Below are positions 1 to 7,785 of a DNA stretch of 45,148 nucleotides, in pieces. The notes under the pieces are model-generated. The model saw nothing but the letters and a program-made list of their open reading frames with translations, was not told the DNA's origin and searched no databases. Location of the stretch: assembly GCA_029261635.1 (NCBI GenBank), contig JAJDAW010000029.1, forward strand, positions 1 through 45,148, read 5' to 3'. Each line of letters starts with the position of its first letter. Within the stretch, counting starts at the first letter, position 1. The DNA is from Nitrospinaceae bacterium (lineage in GTDB: Bacteria; Nitrospinota; Nitrospinia; Nitrospinales; VA-1). The position numbers and the translations under genes are program-made.

Positions 1-1
1 T

Positions 2-427
2 AAAGAGCCTGCTCACGCTTCTGGATCAAAAGAAGACGGAAGCAAGTCTGGCGGCGCTGGCGATATCAGCAAGCGTGGATCTTATGTTGACTTTGGTATG
101 GGTAAAAACGAAGGCGTGTACAACTCGGGTCGTGCTACCGGTAACATGCTTTCTGATGCTTCAATGCGCGTATCTCCAGTTGAAGATCTGAATGCAGAAG
201 GGTTCAGTACCCTGACCACTCAGGCTCATCAGGATGTAATGGGCAATGGCAACTGGTCTAACAACCGGTGGTCTGTTGTTTTCAAACGTTCGTTGACAAA
301 CTCTGATTCTAACGATACGCAGTTCTCTGGTGGTAAAACACCTATGGCTATTGCGATTTGGAATGGTCAGAATAAAGAAAGAAATGGCCAGAAGGGCGTA
401 ACTCAGTGGAATACACTTGAGTACTAG
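2..427 (+). CDS. 3' part of a gene for an EB_dh-type heme-b (gamma) subunit of a type II DMSO-reductase-family enzyme (NxrC/EbdC/SerC-like); 5' end outside window
   Basis: The frame is open from base 2 (KEPAHASGSKEDGS...), so the listed Met at 98 is internal. The C-terminal ...TPMAIAIWNGQNKERNGQKGVTQW... resembles the conserved tail of ethylbenzene-dehydrogenase-gamma-like proteins (recognised from memory). A strong terminator follows. Confidence 0.55.
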   Translation, partial: KEPAHASGSKEDGSKSGGAGDISKRGSYVDFGMGKNEGVYNSGRATGNMLSDASMRVSPVEDLNAEGFSTLTTQAHQDVMGNGNWSNNRWSVVFKRSLTNSDSNDTQFSGGKTPMAIAIWNGQNKERNGQKGVTQWNTLEY

Positions 428-462
428 CCTTTAGCGCGGAGCAATCCGCCTGTACAACGAAT

Positions 463-513
463 AAACCCAGGGAAGAAGCCGTTAACGCGGCTTCTTTTCC
501 TGGGTTTTTTTTT
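463..513 (+). terminator. Rho-independent terminator between convergent genes
   Basis: Hairpin cccagggaagaagccg (466-481) / cggcttcttttcctggg (488-504), followed by T9 (505-513). Confidence 0.8.
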
Positions 514-526
514 GCCAAATTCAAAT

Positions 527-847
527 TTATCTCTCAGTGGGCCAACCCATTTGTCCCCAACGTTCCATTCCACCATTGCCAACGCAAACAACATTAGTCA
601 ATCCAGCACCCTCCAACGTCTCAGAAGCCATTTTTGCTCGCCCACCCATTTTGCAATGAACATAAACTGTTCCATAAGACTTTAATTCATCAGCAATACC
701 AGCAACAGATTCATGGCCCTCATTACGAGCACCCTTGATGTGGCCTGAACTGAATTCCTCGGGCGAACGAACATCAAGAATCAAATCATTGTCGCCAATT
801 CCCGCTATTTTTCCGTGTAAATCATCAATTGAAATAATATCCATCAC
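527..847 (-). CDS. Single-domain rhodanese-like sulfurtransferase
   Basis: 106 aa. DVRSPEEFSSGHIKGARN motif and active-site loop HCKMGGR, typical of PspE/GlpE-type rhodaneses. Confidence 0.85.
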   Translation of the reverse strand: MMDIISIDDLHGKIAGIGDNDLILDVRSPEEFSSGHIKGARNEGHESVAGIADELKSYGTVYVHCKMGGRAKMASETLEGAGLTNVVCVGNGGMERWGQMGWPTER

Positions 848-1111
848 GTCCTCACTTTGGTATTTTCATTAAAATTATTACGATTATAGCATGTCAATAA
901 AAGATTCATTAATGCCAAAAATAACAAAATAAACAACCATTACAAATACAAAAAAAATAAGGATTATTGACTCTAGCGGAATAAACTTCCACAATTTTTT
1001 GACGAATTAAAAAATTTCTAACAACAAGATAAAACAAGATAATTAAATAAACATATATATTTAAAGGCTTAACAGGGTAATAAGAATGGGATAAAAAGCA
1101 AATATATTTTT

Positions 1112-1127
1112 TGGTACAGCTTTTGCT
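1112..1127 (+). promoter_or_regulatory. Candidate sigma54 (RpoN) -24/-12 promoter upstream of flgF
   Basis: TGGTACAGCTTTTGCT matches TGGCAC-N5-TTGCW with correct GG/GC spacing. It lies ~130 nt upstream of the flgF ATG. Confidence 0.55.
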
Positions 1128-1256
1128 TAATAACAAGAAAAACAACTGGGTAACCTCGAGGTTAGCAGACGGGGTATCCAATAAAGAAATTTAGAATAAA
1201 ACCGTGGAAAGCCACGAAAATAAACCCACGAGTGGGAATAAAAAGAAAGCTATTTT

Positions 1257-2045
1257 ATGCACGAAAGTATTTACATTGCCGCATCAGCCGGAATAAAACA
1301 GGCAAGAAAAATGGAAATGATTGCCCAAAACTTAGCAAATGTAAATAACACGGGTTACAAAAAGGATGCTCTGGTATTTAAAGAAATGATGCCTCCTTTC
1401 CCACCCGATTCAGGTTTTGATGCAGGTAAAAATGCTCTCTTATCTCCTGATAAATCCAATAAAAATGTTTCATATGTGGGAATAACGGATTACTACACAG
1501 ATTATACGCCTGGAGAATTTAAAAAAACAGGAGGAGCTCTTGATTTAGCACTAGATGGAGAGGGCTTTTTTAAGGTTCAAACACCCAACGGCTCTCGATA
1601 TACAAGAAACGGTAATTTTCGAATTAATACAAATAATCAATTGGTAAACCAAAACGGTAGTCAAGTATTGGACCGAACAGATCAACCGGTTGTTATTGAT
1701 GCGCCGGGTGCAATCACAATAGATGGGGGCGGAAATATTTCAGCTGGAAATGGACTTTCTAACACGCAGGTTGGAAGTATCAAACTTGTTCGATTTGAAA
1801 ATGAAAAATCACTTGAAAAAATGGGAGATGGTCTCTACCGGCAAATAGAATCAGAAGATAACGAATTAGAAGCACCTGAGACAAAAATGCATCAAGGGTT
1901 CCTTGAAAATTCAAACGTAACATCGGTGGAAGAAATGACTGAAATGATAAGCACAGTAAGAATGTTTGAAACGTATCAAAAAATGATTCAATCAATAGAC
2001 AGTATGGACGATCAATCTGTCAATACAATAGGTCGGGTAGGTTAA
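1257..2045 (+). CDS. flgF: Flagellar basal-body rod protein FlgF
   Basis: 262 aa. N-terminal IYIAASAG...QNLANVNNTGYKKD rod-protein motif and C-terminal GFLENSNV...EM..MI...R.FE rod motif. Sits directly upstream of flgG. Confidence 0.85.
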   Translation: MHESIYIAASAGIKQARKMEMIAQNLANVNNTGYKKDALVFKEMMPPFPPDSGFDAGKNALLSPDKSNKNVSYVGITDYYTDYTPGEFKKTGGALDLALDGEGFFKVQTPNGSRYTRNGNFRINTNNQLVNQNGSQVLDRTDQPVVIDAPGAITIDGGGNISAGNGLSNTQVGSIKLVRFENEKSLEKMGDGLYRQIESEDNELEAPETKMHQGFLENSNVTSVEEMTEMISTVRMFETYQKMIQSIDSMDDQSVNTIGRVG

Positions 2046-2081
2046 AAAAAAATTATTTAAAAAGACGAAAGGTAATTAAAA

Positions 2082-2870
2082 ATGATTCGATCTTTATATA
2101 CAGCAGCGACGGGGATGAATGCGCAGGACACGAATGTCAGCGTCATTGCTAATAACCTGGCCAACGTCAATACCGTAGGTTTTAAAAGAAGCAGGCCGGA
2201 ATTTCAAGATCTTCTTTATCAAAACCTGCGTTTGGTAGGAACACTTTCTCCAAATGGTAATCAAGTGCCGACAGGGGCGCAATTAGGTTTGGGAACAAAA
2301 ACGGCAGCAATCCAAAAAATATTTTTACAAGGGGATTTTTCACAAACGCAAAATCCATTAGACATAGCAATTCAGGGCAAAGGTTTTTTCCAAATTACTC
2401 AACCTGACGGAACACTAGCATATTCTCGGGCAGGATCTTTCAAGCTGGATAATACCGGGCGAGTTGTAACAGCAGATGGTTTGGCATTAGAGCCAGCTAT
2501 AACTATCCCCAATGATGCATTGACAATATCCATCGATCCACAGGGTAGCGTTGCCGTAACACAACCGGGAGCAACGGCACCAACAGTTTTGGGTAATATC
2601 CAACTGGCAACATTCCAGAATGAAGCAGGCTTGCAAGCGGTAGGGTTCAACTTGTTTCAGCAAACAGATGCGTCAGGGACACCAACTATTGGTAATCCTC
2701 AAAGTGTTGATATTGGATCAACACAGCAAGGATTCCTAGAACTATCAAATGTAAGTGTTGTGGAAGAAATGGTGAACTTAATTGCAGCGCAACGTGCTTA
2801 CGAGGTTAATTCGAAAACGGTTCAGACGGCAGACGAAATGCTTCAAATCTCAAATAATATGAAACGGTAA
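2082..2870 (+). CDS. flgG: Flagellar distal rod protein FlgG
   Basis: [47 protein letters not shown] is near-canonical FlgG. C-terminal [25 protein letters not shown]. Confidence 0.95.
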   Translation: MIRSLYTAATGMNAQDTNVSVIANNLANVNTVGFKRSRPEFQDLLYQNLRLVGTLSPNGNQVPTGAQLGLGTKTAAIQKIFLQGDFSQTQNPLDIAIQGKGFFQITQPDGTLAYSRAGSFKLDNTGRVVTADGLALEPAITIPNDALTISIDPQGSVAVTQPGATAPTVLGNIQLATFQNEAGLQAVGFNLFQQTDASGTPTIGNPQSVDIGSTQQGFLELSNVSVVEEMVNLIAAQRAYEVNSKTVQTADEMLQISNNMKR

Positions 2871-2876
2871 TAAAAA

Positions 2877-3614
2877 ATGATTAATCCTAAAAACAAATTC
2901 AAAATATTTAATATTTTATTCGTTTGTTTTTACCTGTCCACATCTTTGGGAAACTGGGCTAACGCCGAAGAACCACAGATATTGACAGCAGACGAAATTG
3001 AAAAAGGTGCAGTAGATCACTTAGAAAAAACATTGCCGTGGGAAAAGGATTCTCTTGAAATAAATGTGTACTACAAAGGTAAGGAAATTACCCTTCCGCC
3101 TGGGAAAAAAGAATTAATCTATAAAACAATGGGAAGCCATCAAAAAGCAGGAAGAATTCCAATGTATCTGGAAATAAGGGTAAATAACAATTTCCAAAAG
3201 AAAATCCGTTTGAATAGCCGAGTGTTGGTATCGCAGGAAGTAATCAAAACAACTCGCTCGGTCAGAAAAGGAGATATTTTATCCAACGATGACATTCATG
3301 TGGAAACAATTAAAACAGAGCGCCCATGGAAAAATGCGATTAGAAATATTGATCTTGCATTGGGATATGAAGCGGCAAGAACATTATCAATTGGAAAAAT
3401 ACTCATCCCAAACTTTATAAAGAAACCGGCATTAGGAAATAGAGGAGATAAAATTTTAATTCTGGCTGAAAAAGGTGGAATGAAAATAACCGCACCGGGA
3501 ATTTTGAAAGAAGATGGATATGAAGATGCAATGGTCCGAGTTTTAAATATGGAGTCCAAGAAAATGATTTACGGCAGGCTTGTAGATTCTAATACAGTGA
3601 AGGTGAGCTTCTAA
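2877..3614 (+). CDS. flgA: Flagellar P-ring assembly chaperone FlgA
   Basis: 245 aa with a signal peptide and a SAF-like C-terminal part (VLVSQEVIKTTRSVRKGDILSNDDI..., GDKILILAEKGGMKITAPG). Position is between flgG and flgH. Its stop overlaps the flgH ATG by 1 nt. Confidence 0.8.
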   Translation: MINPKNKFKIFNILFVCFYLSTSLGNWANAEEPQILTADEIEKGAVDHLEKTLPWEKDSLEINVYYKGKEITLPPGKKELIYKTMGSHQKAGRIPMYLEIRVNNNFQKKIRLNSRVLVSQEVIKTTRSVRKGDILSNDDIHVETIKTERPWKNAIRNIDLALGYEAARTLSIGKILIPNFIKKPALGNRGDKILILAEKGGMKITAPGILKEDGYEDAMVRVLNMESKKMIYGRLVDSNTVKVSF

Positions 3615-4342
3615 TGAGAATTCAAATTTCAAATAATAAAATTCTTGGAATTATCCCTATATGTTTGGTGTTTGTTTTTGGGGCTTGTTCTACTTCACAT
3701 AGGGCGGTAGATAGTAGGTCAACAGTCATTCCAAAGAACTTATATACCAAACCAAGTAATCAAAAACCTGCGGAAGGTGCACTTTGGCCAGGTAATACCC
3801 GGGGTAATTTTTTGTTTGGAGATGATAAGGCTTCAGTCGTGGGTGACATCATCACGGTGACAATCAACGAAAATGCTTCATCAACCCAATCTGCTACAAC
3901 CAATACAGCAAAAGATACTTCGTTGAATATGCAAGCACCCAACGTACTAGGGTTACCGTCCAGTCTGGGTATTCAGAATTTTTTAAATATGGGAACCCAA
4001 TTTGATCCATCGGTTAATGCAACCGTCGCTAACTCAATGCAGGGAACAGGAACAGTAACTCGAAACGGAACTTTAACGGCAACTATTTCCGCAATCATTA
4101 CGGATGTTTTGCCCAGTGGAAATCTTAGGATTGAAGGTCGAAGATCGGTAACGGTTAATCACGAAGAACAAATTATGGTATTGCGAGGAGTTGTTCGACC
4201 GCAAGATATTAATTTTGATAACACAATTCCCTCAACCTTAATTGCTGATGCGGCGATAAGTTATAGAGGTGAAGGTGTGGTCGCTGATGAACAAAGAAAA
4301 GGATGGTTGGCAAAAGTTTTTAGTAAGGTCTGGCCATTTTAA
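3614..4342 (+). CDS. flgH: Flagellar L-ring lipoprotein FlgH
   Basis: Lipobox VFGAC, then LF.DDKA..VGDIITVTINENASS and NLRIEGRRSVTVNHEEQIMVLRGVVRPQDI, all typical FlgH motifs. Confidence 0.9.
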   Translation: MRIQISNNKILGIIPICLVFVFGACSTSHRAVDSRSTVIPKNLYTKPSNQKPAEGALWPGNTRGNFLFGDDKASVVGDIITVTINENASSTQSATTNTAKDTSLNMQAPNVLGLPSSLGIQNFLNMGTQFDPSVNATVANSMQGTGTVTRNGTLTATISAIITDVLPSGNLRIEGRRSVTVNHEEQIMVLRGVVRPQDINFDNTIPSTLIADAAISYRGEGVVADEQRKGWLAKVFSKVWPF

Positions 4343-4348
4343 AAATAT

Positions 4349-4747
4349 ATGAATAATTTTAAATATATTAAAAGATTATCTCTTTCAATATTAACCGCTG
4401 TCATAATTTTCATTGGCTGCCAGGCAGCAGTGGAAGATATAACGGGTCCGAGTGCATTAGGAAATACACTAGGCATTCAGGGGTTATTTGGTGGAGCCGG
4501 AATTCAAAATAATGGTGCAAGTCAGGCAACCATTCGAGTTGAAGTGTATTCAACTCAGAATATTCCAACGGTTGGTGCAACCGTTACCCTGACAACTACT
4601 TTAGGAACGTTAGGAGCAGTATCGCTGACCACGGATGCATCGGGAACAGCGACCACTACCCTTACTTCCGGAACAGTCACAGGTACGGCTTTTATAACAG
4701 CTACAGTTGACAATGTTAGTGCAACAACAGCTGTACCTATAATTTAA
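4349..4747 (+). CDS. Small lipoprotein with one bacterial Ig-like (Big_1/invasin-like) domain
   Basis: Lipobox FIGC. ATIRVEVYSTQNIPTVGATVTLTTTLGTLG...TDASGTATTTLTSGTVTGTAFITATV fits the Big_1 pattern. Tightly packed between flgH and flgI. Confidence 0.6.
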   Translation: MNNFKYIKRLSLSILTAVIIFIGCQAAVEDITGPSALGNTLGIQGLFGGAGIQNNGASQATIRVEVYSTQNIPTVGATVTLTTTLGTLGAVSLTTDASGTATTTLTSGTVTGTAFITATVDNVSATTAVPII

Positions 4748-4767
4748 TTTCAATAATTAAATATTTT

Positions 4768-5430
4768 ATGAAAAAACATTTCAATAAATTTTTAATAGAA
4801 AATGGGAAAATAAGGAAGGATTGGATTCTTTGTTTTCTAGTAGCAATTGGTTTTATTGTAGCCTGCGAAGGCGCATTAGAAGATGGTAACCCCTTTGGGC
4901 CTTCGAACTCGAGTATTGTAATCAACCCATCAACCCCACAAGTTAATAAGGGCGGAGCTTTAACCTTCGTAGCATTTGGTGGAACTCTGCCTTTGTCATG
5001 GAGTCTATCTAATACTCAAATTGGAGCTATAGATGCGCTGACAGGTGTGTTCACATCTATTCAGGCGGGTGGGGTCCAGGTAGCAGGAACTTCTACCGTT
5101 ACGGTGGTAGATGCGGTAGGCGATTCTGATACTGCAACAATTCAAGTGTTGCCGAATGCTATTGTAATGACTCCTGGATCTGCGACTCACATTACTGCTG
5201 GTACACAAGATTTTGATGCGCCAAATGGTACGAATGTGACAGCCACAATCGCAAATAATAATACATCGAGTACTTTTGCCTTACCAACCCTTGTTGTTGC
5301 TGCCGAAAAGGTTACGGTCACTTTTACCATACCTACTACTGCAGAAGGCAACCAGACTTTAACTATTAGTATTTCAGATACAGTAAATGGGGATGTGGGA
5401 TCTGTTGTTCTTACATTGATTGCTCCGTAA
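4768..5430 (+). CDS. Lipoprotein with two Ig-like (Big_2-like) domains
   Basis: Lipobox IVAC. INPSTPQVNKGGALTFVAFGG..LSWSLSN..IGAIDALTGVFTS fits the Big_2 pattern, and a second beta-rich module follows. Sits between flgH and flgI. Confidence 0.6.
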   Translation: MKKHFNKFLIENGKIRKDWILCFLVAIGFIVACEGALEDGNPFGPSNSSIVINPSTPQVNKGGALTFVAFGGTLPLSWSLSNTQIGAIDALTGVFTSIQAGGVQVAGTSTVTVVDAVGDSDTATIQVLPNAIVMTPGSATHITAGTQDFDAPNGTNVTATIANNNTSSTFALPTLVVAAEKVTVTFTIPTTAEGNQTLTISISDTVNGDVGSVVLTLIAP

Positions 5431-5451
5431 AAAAAAAGAATTGAGGAAGAA

Positions 5452-6579
5452 ATGTTTAAAGATAAATTCGCTATAAAGTTCTGTGCAGGATTGGCTTTAC
5501 TGTTTTTTCTAACAGGCTCGGTTGAAGCTGCAAGAATAAAGGACCTGTCGGGTATAAAAGGAGTTCGAAATAATCAGCTGATCGGATTTGGGCTGGTTAT
5601 TGGTTTGACAAAAACAGGTGATAGTGCGGTTAATGTATTTTTCTCTATTCAGGCAATTGCCAGTATGTTGAAAAAATTGGGTGTTACGGTTCCCACAGCA
5701 GAAGTTGGTCAGTTGCAATTTAAAAATATCGCAACGGTTATCGTGACTGCCGATCTACCTCCTTTTGCCAAACAAGGGGATAGTATTGATGTAACGGTAT
5801 CTTCTTTGGGTGATGCCAAAAGCCTTCAAGGTGGAACTCTATTGATGACTCCGCTAAAAGGTTCTGACAACAATACCTATGCTGTTGCTCAAGGCCCTAT
5901 ATCAATAGGTGGTTTTGCGGTGCAGGGTGGTGGGCGCGGCGTTCAGAAAAATCATCTCACAGTGGGTCGAATTTCCAGTGGGGCATTGGTTGAAAAAGAA
6001 ATAAAATATAATTTTAATGTTAAGGATGAAATCATTCTTGCTTTGAAAAAAACTGATTTTACGACAGCCAGCAGAATTGCAAAGGCGATCAATAATAATA
6101 TGAAGGATGAAATTGCATTCATGATAGATGGCGGGACGGTTCGTGTAAGCATCCCAGAATTTTATAAGAATAATGCTTCTAATCTTGTTACCAAAATCGA
6201 AAGCATTGATGTTGCGCCCGATTCCCAGGCAAAAGTAATAATCGATGAACGTACGGGAACTGTGGTAATGGGAGAGAATGTTAAAATTTCTTCGGTTGCA
6301 GTTGCGCATGGCTCTTTGTTCGTTCAAATAAAAGAAGAACCTGTTGTTTCACAGCCTCCACCACTGGCTCCAGAAAATGCAGGAACGGTTGTCCTACCTC
6401 GAACTCGTGTATCAGTTGGAGAAGGTCAGGATAAACTACTGGTTATTCCCAAAAGCGTATCTCTAGGGGATGTCGTTCAAGGGCTAAATTCTATTGGCGT
6501 AACCCCCAGAGATTTAATTTCCATTCTTCAGGCGATTAAATCCTCCGGTGCTCTTCATGCCCGTCTTGAGCTTATCTAG
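5452..6579 (+). CDS. flgI: Flagellar P-ring protein FlgI
   Basis: Signal peptide, then RIKDLSGIKGVRNNQLIGFGLVIGLTKTGDS and C-terminal SIGVTPRDLISILQAIKSSGALHARLELI, canonical FlgI. Confidence 0.95.
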   Translation: MFKDKFAIKFCAGLALLFFLTGSVEAARIKDLSGIKGVRNNQLIGFGLVIGLTKTGDSAVNVFFSIQAIASMLKKLGVTVPTAEVGQLQFKNIATVIVTADLPPFAKQGDSIDVTVSSLGDAKSLQGGTLLMTPLKGSDNNTYAVAQGPISIGGFAVQGGGRGVQKNHLTVGRISSGALVEKEIKYNFNVKDEIILALKKTDFTTASRIAKAINNNMKDEIAFMIDGGTVRVSIPEFYKNNASNLVTKIESIDVAPDSQAKVIIDERTGTVVMGENVKISSVAVAHGSLFVQIKEEPVVSQPPPLAPENAGTVVLPRTRVSVGEGQDKLLVIPKSVSLGDVVQGLNSIGVTPRDLISILQAIKSSGALHARLELI

Positions 6580-6726
6580 TCCAATGAAGGAAACAGGAAA
6601 ATTTTTCCCTTTTCCAGTATTGCTTACCAAATTCGTTTTAACACCACATAATCTGATATTTAAAAGAACCTTATTTTATAACAAGTTAAGAGGTTTTTTT
6701 GGGGCTAAAGGGTTAGCTGAATGGTT

Positions 6727-6742
6727 TGGTATGGTGTTTGCA
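6727..6742 (+). promoter_or_regulatory. Candidate sigma54 (RpoN) -24/-12 promoter upstream of flgJ-flgN-flgK-flgL
   Basis: TGGTATGGTGTTTGCA has GG and GC at the canonical spacing. It lies ~34 nt upstream of the flgJ ATG, in the only sizeable intergenic gap of the cluster. Confidence 0.6.
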
Positions 6743-6775
6743 ACTAATTTAACAACTATGAGTTGAGGATTGATT

Positions 6776-7249
6776 ATGGGACCCCTAAGTTCGGTTCAGA
6801 TGCAAAAAGATTTATTTTCGCAGATGTCAGAAAAGAACATTGAAAGATTAAGAAACTCGTCTTCCTTTGGGCAATTGAATTCGGATAAAGATATTGAAAA
6901 AGTTTCTCGTGATTTTGAATCTATATTTTTGAACAAGCTATTATCTTCCATGCGTAAAACGGTACCAAAATCAGGTCTGTTGGATAGTTTCGCAACAGAT
7001 ATGTTTCAGTCCATGATGGATGAAGAAATGTCTAAAGAAATGGCAAAAAATAAAGGTATGGGTATGGGAGAGATGATTTACAACGATCTTAGCAATATCG
7101 ATCGTGTGAGTCGTGGTAAAGCCGTTCAATCAACTTATACGAATATTAAATCGGCTCCGGTAGCTTCAGGAATAAAGTTGCCTGACTCGACAGCACCAGG
7201 AATTAAATTACCGGACCCAACAGTCTCGGGAATAAAATTGAAGGAGTAA
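6776..7249 (+). CDS. flgJ: FlgJ-like rod-binding protein (no muramidase domain)
   Basis: FESIFLNKLLSSMRKT...MFQSMMDEEMSKEMA fits the Rod-binding domain pattern. ATG at 6776 is preferred over the listed TTG at 6770 because GAGGA sits 6 nt upstream. The C-terminus carries 3 tandem GIKLPD-type repeats. Confidence 0.8.
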   Translation: MGPLSSVQMQKDLFSQMSEKNIERLRNSSSFGQLNSDKDIEKVSRDFESIFLNKLLSSMRKTVPKSGLLDSFATDMFQSMMDEEMSKEMAKNKGMGMGEMIYNDLSNIDRVSRGKAVQSTYTNIKSAPVASGIKLPDSTAPGIKLPDPTVSGIKLKE

Positions 7250-7252
7250 TAT

Positions 7253-7756
7253 ATGAATAGGCTATATAAGAACCTTCAGGACTTATTGGAACAAAAAGCT
7301 CGCTTGTATGAAAAATTCATCCAACTGCTGAATGAAGAGTGGAAATGCGTGACTGAGTATTCCTACGATGGTTTGCAGGAAATTATTGCTAAAAAAGATG
7401 ATCAAGTAATGCAAATGCAGGCTTTGGAGAATAGCAGATGCAGCTTGATGAAAAAAATTGCGGCCCATCTAAAAGTGGGGCAGTCTGGATTAACCTTAAA
7501 AAAACTAATTCAATATAAAGAAAATCCCTATCGCGTAAATTTATCAAAGTGCAGAAAAAATTTACTTTCAAAAATCCAAAAAATAAATATTCTAAGCGCA
7601 AAAATAAAAGCTCTGATGGATCACTCGGCGCTTTCTTTAAAGAAGTCGCTTGCTTTCATTCATTCTGAAGGTGAAAAAGCTCATTCCCCCTATGAGGCCA
7701 ACGGCCAAGTAACGGAAGGTAGAGTGCAGAGTAGAATGGTTAGTGTTGATGCTTGA
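7253..7756 (+). CDS. flgN: FlgN-like flagellar export chaperone
   Basis: 167-aa helical protein (LQDLLEQKARLYEKFIQLLNEEWKCV...) located immediately upstream of flgK/flgL, as FlgN usually is. The call rests on position plus pattern. Confidence 0.5.
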   Translation: MNRLYKNLQDLLEQKARLYEKFIQLLNEEWKCVTEYSYDGLQEIIAKKDDQVMQMQALENSRCSLMKKIAAHLKVGQSGLTLKKLIQYKENPYRVNLSKCRKNLLSKIQKINILSAKIKALMDHSALSLKKSLAFIHSEGEKAHSPYEANGQVTEGRVQSRMVSVDA

Positions 7757-7785
7757 TCTTATGGTTATAAAAGGATCTTTGTTAA

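Noticed and set aside
909-1181. 90-aa minus-strand ORF in the gap before flgF
   Set aside because: It has an AT-rich, low-complexity, Phe/Leu/Ile/Tyr-heavy translation, no RBS and no motif. It overlaps the candidate sigma54 promoter and the flgF leader, so it is treated as non-coding.
6548-6766. 72-aa ORF in the flgI-flgJ gap
   Set aside because: It overlaps the flgI 3' end, has no RBS and an implausible composition. The gap is better explained by the sigma54 promoter.
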